From NCBI GenBank assembly GCA_965209155.1, contig OZ242383.1, positions 256,001-320,000 of the forward strand: a stretch of 64,000 bases of DNA. Direction: 5' to 3'. A model generated the notes under the pieces. It did no database searches. It was given only the letters and a program-made list of their open reading frames with translations, and was not told where the DNA came from. Shown here piece after piece: positions 60,401-64,000 of this stretch. How positions within the stretch are numbered: the first letter of the stretch is position 1; every line of letters begins with the position of its first letter. The translations under genes and the position numbers were made by a program. Source of the DNA: a bacterium. Lineage in GTDB: Bacteria; SAR324; NAC60-12.

Positions 60401-63391
60401 GACAACGCCCGAGAAGACCCGGAGCTAGCCAATGTTTATCAATGCCGGATCAAGGCGTACACCAACCAGGGTGAATTAAGCAAGGCCATGGAAACGGGCG
60501 CGGAGATTCTGGAGAAATTGGGGTGTCAACTGAGCCGTTTGTCTCTCGATCAGTGGCAGCAGGCCCTCGTTCAAATCAAATCCAGTCTGGCCGGTAAAAG
60601 CGTCAAAGACGTGATGGGCTTTGAGCCGCTCACCCAACTGGATGCCGAGGTCCTTGTCCCTATCCTGTTTGAACTCCATGTGGCCTATGGCGAGGCTGGG
60701 GTTACTTTGGATGACGGTCTTTGGCAGCCCATCGCTTCAAAACGCATCTCTTTTCTGCTCAATCATTTTCATCCGAAACATTCACCCGAGTTCTATTGTC
60801 TCCTTGGAAGGATCTATTGCGTGTATATGCAGGATTTTGAATTTGGTTATGAACTCGGTCGTCTGGGCATACAGCTCATGGAAGCGCTTGATCTGAAGGA
60901 AATAAACGGTAGAGTTTCCGGGGGTTTCAATGGCGCGATCCGGTCCTGCCGGGAGCCACTATCGGCGTCATTGGATCCCTTGCTGGAAGCTCATAAGATG
61001 GCAATCGAGACGGGAGATTTCCACAATGCTGGTCGTAGCGCCGTCTCAAGATGTCAGATTGCCTTTATGTGCGGGAAAGAGCTGAATTGGCTGAAAGGGG
61101 AATTGTCGACGTTGAAGGCTGCTCTCAAGAAGATCGATTATATTATAGGGTCTCGCCATGCCGAAATGCAGACGAAGGCGGTCACGATTCTAATGGAGGA
61201 ACCTGCGACCCTGTCGAGCGGCATCATGGATCAATACCACAGGGTGACGGGTGCAGAGTTTGTCTATCATGAACAGAGCCATTTTAATTACCAAAAGCTG
61301 GTGCTGCAAACCCTGTTTGGAGAATACGAAGCAGCCCGGGAGACGGTTTTTGAAATGATCAACCTGATGAAAACCTACAAGGATTCCCTTGTTGATCCCC
61401 TGGCCAACTGCTACCAATCCCTCGCTCTTCTGGCGCTTTGCAACCAGGGGAGCGAGGGGGAAAAGGAGGAGACCCTCACCCAGGTTAACGACAATCAGGC
61501 TATATTGGAGAAACTGGCGCGCTGCGCACCGCCCAATTACCGACACAAGCATCACCTGGTGGAAGCCGAACGGATGCGGGTTTTGGGCGGCGAACCCGAT
61601 GCCATTATGCACCACTATGACCAGGCCATCGCTTTGGCCAGAGAGAGCGAATTTATCCACGAGGAAGCCCTGGCCAATGAACTGGCAGCCAGATACTTGC
61701 TCAACCAGGGGCAGAACGACGCCGCCCGGGCTTACCTGCGCTCAGCAATGGAGAAATACGAAGCCTGGGGGGCAAAACGGAAGGTCGCGCACCTGAAGTC
61801 TCGATATCCCGAGCTGATTGCCGATGATCGTGCCGAAGTAGCAGCGTCTCCTTCGGCCAACCTGGACCTGGCGACGATGCTCAAAGCCTCGGAGGCCATC
61901 TCCAGTACCATCGAGTTGGAACCGCTGCTGGAGATCCTGCTCCGCATTCTCATGGAAAATGCCGGGGCCCAGACTGCAGCCCTGATTCTTGAAACCGAAG
62001 GTCAGTCTCTCATCGCTGCCCGCGGGAGTAACGAACAAATCGAATGTTTTCTACCGCTTTCCCTGCCTGTGGAAAAGGCCCAATCCCTCTCCCTCTCGGT
62101 CATCTCCTGGGTGAAACAAACCCGGGAACACCTGGTTTTGGACAATGCCTCCCGGGAGGAACGGTTTGTCGAGGATGACTATATTAAACGGGAACGTCCT
62201 AAATCCATCCTGTGCGCACCGATCACGCATCAGTCCGCCTTGAGCGGCATCATTTACCTGGAAAACAACCTGGTTGAGGGGGCCTTCACCTCCCGGCGAT
62301 TCGAGATGCTCAAACACCTTAGCTCCCAGATCGCCATTTCCCTGGAAAATGCCAGGCTTCACGAAAACCTCAAAAAGAGCGAAACCTCCTTGCGTGAGGA
62401 GAATGTCCGCCTGAAGGCCAACATCAAGGAGCGTTATCGGTTCGGAAAGATCATCGGCAAAAGCCCCGTGATGCAGGAGATTTATGAATTGATCTTAAAG
62501 GCGGCGGCTAGCGATGCTGGCGTCATTGTATACGGTGAATCAGGGACCGGTAAAGAACTGGTGGCCGAAGCCATCCATGAGATGAGTGATAGAAAAGAAA
62601 AACCCTTTGTTCCCGTCAACGCCGGCGGCGTTGCGGAAACCCTCTTGGAAAGCGAGTTTTTCGGCTACAAAAAAGGGGCCTTTACCGGCGCCAACACGGA
62701 TAAGCGCGGCCTGCTCCAACAGGCAGACAAAGGCACGCTTTTCCTGGATGAATTGGGTGAAATTGGCCCCAATCTGCAAGCCAAACTGCTGCGTGCTATT
62801 GAGGGCAGAGGGTTCACGCCAGTAGGCGGACTGGAAGCGGAAACCTCCGATTTTCGCGTCATTGGTGCCACCAATAAAGATTTAAAACAACAGGTGAAAA
62901 AGGGATTGATGCGGGAGGATTTCTTTTTCCGCATCCACATTATCCCTCTTCACTTGCCGCCTCTCAGGGAACGTAAAGAGGATATCCCCCTTTTGATCGA
63001 GCATTTTATGCAAAACTACCCTTCCTCAAAGAACCTGCCCAAAATCACCGTCGCTGTCATGGAAGCTCTGACCTCCTATGATTGGCCGGGAAACGTCAGG
63101 GAACTGATCAACACCATGCATCGCTATGTCTCCCTGGGAGAGGTCGATTTTCTGGGGGAACAAACAATCGCCCCAGATGGTATAATCTCAAATTTCGGAG
63201 ATAACCCCCGCCATGGGAAAATGGCGCTGGATCAGGCCGTCGCAGATAGTGAAAAAACGACGATTCTCAGCGCCCTGAAAAATTATGATGGCCACAAGAC
63301 AAAAACCGCTGCCGCCCTGGGAATCTCCCGGGCCACCCTCTTCAACAAAATGAAAAAGTACGGAATTCGGACCATCCCAGGAACTAAATAA
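57416..63391 (+). CDS. Giant sigma54 enhancer-binding protein: IS1595-like Zn ribbon, kinase-like domain, AAA ATPase, helical repeats, GAF, sigma54 activator, Fis HTH
   Basis: [11 protein letters not shown]...[23 protein letters not shown] and [42 protein letters not shown]. Confidence 0.93.
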   Translation: MSSDMKTNKDLPSFAQFKNYFDSDESCRRHLFSIHWPNGFKCPACGNGQYYKVSSRAVFHCSSCQYQTSLTAKTLMRKTRTPLRFWFWGIYLVNERKQGVTAKQFSEMSGLNYHAARRMLGKIRKIEKDQGFLGDLLKSFNMPEGSREEFSTGPGMETPPKPTKEPYPLREPTIPDRKKPEIPGYSLEEVLFESGRTWLWRGKRQRDGLWVLIKGSASSEQGAQELAEIWHEHEITQALEIDGVLRAEELVACENGSVLILENTEGLPLRKLMDAARFDLLDSLKIAVSLIGILKEVHRQGILHKMINPLNIFVDPASGTVKLTGFGLATRLPKENLTTLSPRLSRETLPYISPEQTGRMNRPLDYRSDFYSLGVTLYELFSGRVPFHSREAMEIIHAHIARQPPPPDEIEPQVPRVLSNMVMKLIAKRAEARYQSHSGLAADLLACVEQLENQGSLSDFPLAHHDIPKELQIAPGLYGREDEIIALEAALERVSQGATEMMLVSGSAGVGKTALVGEIYKSVAQKNGFFISGKFDQLQNNIPYSALIQALRGLIREVSVEEKSGMERWKSRIQAALGPNGQLMTRVIPELEPMIGPQPPLPEMGALEARNRFTAVLLDFISVFCEKTHPLVIFLDDLQWVDADTLKLVERIAQDPEKKPLLFLGAYRDNKVDADHRLTAAIAVFKKTGQPLQTIPLKPLNPENISQLLVHTCHCRLEEAKPLAEVLVRKTGGNPFFVSQFLTVLSEKELIRYSPEEKRWIWDLAAIEFLAVTENVVALLIDRLHRFSSETRRLLSLAACIGNTFDLETLELISGAGSGELYEKLLPALETGLILGLSRAPQLDHPPDGASVDGGSFKFLHDRVQQAAYALIAQKERKPVHLKIGQILLKQYAPEKGDALLFDIVHHFNLTRRVKDKWKERLKLAGLNLEAGRQARAASAFEKALEYFTIGLELSGAAAWKRQYPLTLSLHEEATEMSWLCGRFELMEKLAGAVKDNAREDPELANVYQCRIKAYTNQGELSKAMETGAEILEKLGCQLSRLSLDQWQQALVQIKSSLAGKSVKDVMGFEPLTQLDAEVLVPILFELHVAYGEAGVTLDDGLWQPIASKRISFLLNHFHPKHSPEFYCLLGRIYCVYMQDFEFGYELGRLGIQLMEALDLKEINGRVSGGFNGAIRSCREPLSASLDPLLEAHKMAIETGDFHNAGRSAVSRCQIAFMCGKELNWLKGELSTLKAALKKIDYIIGSRHAEMQTKAVTILMEEPATLSSGIMDQYHRVTGAEFVYHEQSHFNYQKLVLQTLFGEYEAARETVFEMINLMKTYKDSLVDPLANCYQSLALLALCNQGSEGEKEETLTQVNDNQAILEKLARCAPPNYRHKHHLVEAERMRVLGGEPDAIMHHYDQAIALARESEFIHEEALANELAARYLLNQGQNDAARAYLRSAMEKYEAWGAKRKVAHLKSRYPELIADDRAEVAASPSANLDLATMLKASEAISSTIELEPLLEILLRILMENAGAQTAALILETEGQSLIAARGSNEQIECFLPLSLPVEKAQSLSLSVISWVKQTREHLVLDNASREERFVEDDYIKRERPKSILCAPITHQSALSGIIYLENNLVEGAFTSRRFEMLKHLSSQIAISLENARLHENLKKSETSLREENVRLKANIKERYRFGKIIGKSPVMQEIYELILKAAASDAGVIVYGESGTGKELVAEAIHEMSDRKEKPFVPVNAGGVAETLLESEFFGYKKGAFTGANTDKRGLLQQADKGTLFLDELGEIGPNLQAKLLRAIEGRGFTPVGGLEAETSDFRVIGATNKDLKQQVKKGLMREDFFFRIHIIPLHLPPLRERKEDIPLLIEHFMQNYPSSKNLPKITVAVMEALTSYDWPGNVRELINTMHRYVSLGEVDFLGEQTIAPDGIISNFGDNPRHGKMALDQAVADSEKTTILSALKNYDGHKTKTAAALGISRATLFNKMKKYGIRTIPGTK

Positions 63392-63405
63392 TAGAATTTA
63401 AAAGT

Positions 63406-63513
63406 GTCAAAAATATTAGACAAACGTATAAAAATCTAGATTTTGATGAATAAATCTTGAATATCAGAGAGTTAACCACTCTTTCCAACCTACTAACGTC
63501 AAAATTTTTAGAC
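63406..63513. promoter_or_regulatory. Putative enhancer (UAS) palindromes GTC-N10-GAC
   Basis: gtcaaaaatattagac (63406), gtataaaaatctagat (63426), gtcaaaatttttagac (63498). Confidence 0.6.
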
Positions 63514-63591
63514 ATTTGCTTCGCATACCAAAATCTCCTCTTATCAAAATTAGTTAATAATTACAATAAGTTAACTGAATATCCTCAAATT

Positions 63592-63606
63592 TGGCACACT
63601 GCTTGA
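63592..63606 (+). promoter_or_regulatory. Sigma54 -24/-12 promoter
   Basis: TGGCAC-N5-TTGA (GA in place of GC at -12), downstream of the activator gene and UAS-like sites. Confidence 0.65.
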
Positions 63607-64000
63607 AGCTAAAGCTCAAACAGTCGAAAAACGAGGGGCAGGGGGCAATGCCCTTGTTCCCAGTTCCCTATTCCTCGTTCTCCGTTCCGGGAACGGAACA
63701 TCAGGGGGGCATTTGGACACTATCGACGCCTGTACGCGTCCTTATTTTTATGCATTGCCTTATGAGGAGAAGCCTATGGAGAAATAAAAAAGTGTTAGCA
63801 ACAGATATAAAACACGACCAGAAATTCTACTTTGACATGCGTGGTGTATGTTAAATTTATTAAGTAAAGAATCCACTTCTTAGAAGGTGGTTTTGATGAG
63901 CCCCTGGAAGGGGCGTCTCGTGATCGTACTCGTGAGCCGTGCTCGTGAACGAAACGGCATCCCAGAGAACCCTGGATTCCCTGCCGTCTCTTCTAATCGG

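Noticed and set aside
63591..63854. 87-aa CDS
   Set aside because: Starts at a TTG inside the sigma54 promoter, with no RBS and no motifs

Overview
Bacterial accessory region with no rRNA, tRNA, CRISPR-cas or integrase visible; sigma54 activator and gene content are compatible with a deltaproteobacterium-like host (inference only). It contains: (i) a NarXL-like two-component system divergent from an amide/urea-type ABC transporter; (ii) two paralogous, reciprocally decayed copies of an amidase / acyl-CoA ligase / biotin carboxylase / acyl-CoA dehydrogenase / enoyl-CoA hydratase catabolic block; (iii) at least eight toxin-antitoxin-type modules plus an Rpn gene; (iv) five insertion elements with visible ends (two apparently identical IS21 copies, ISAzo13, IS256, and a non-autonomous IS21 derivative) plus an IS5 remnant; (v) a 1991-aa pseudokinase-AAA-GAF-sigma54 activator with an IS1595-like zinc-ribbon N-terminus. 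The best candidate for an undescribed system is the IS21 derivative at 40859-43135. It lacks IstA but carries a hairpin leader, a Cys-rich ORF, four regularly spaced ~21-bp DNA repeats conserved across reading frames, and a replication-initiator-like HTH ORF. A second recurring signal is short duplicated gene-start or gene-junction segments that bracket incoming genes and TA modules. All family calls come from motif recognition, not database searches.
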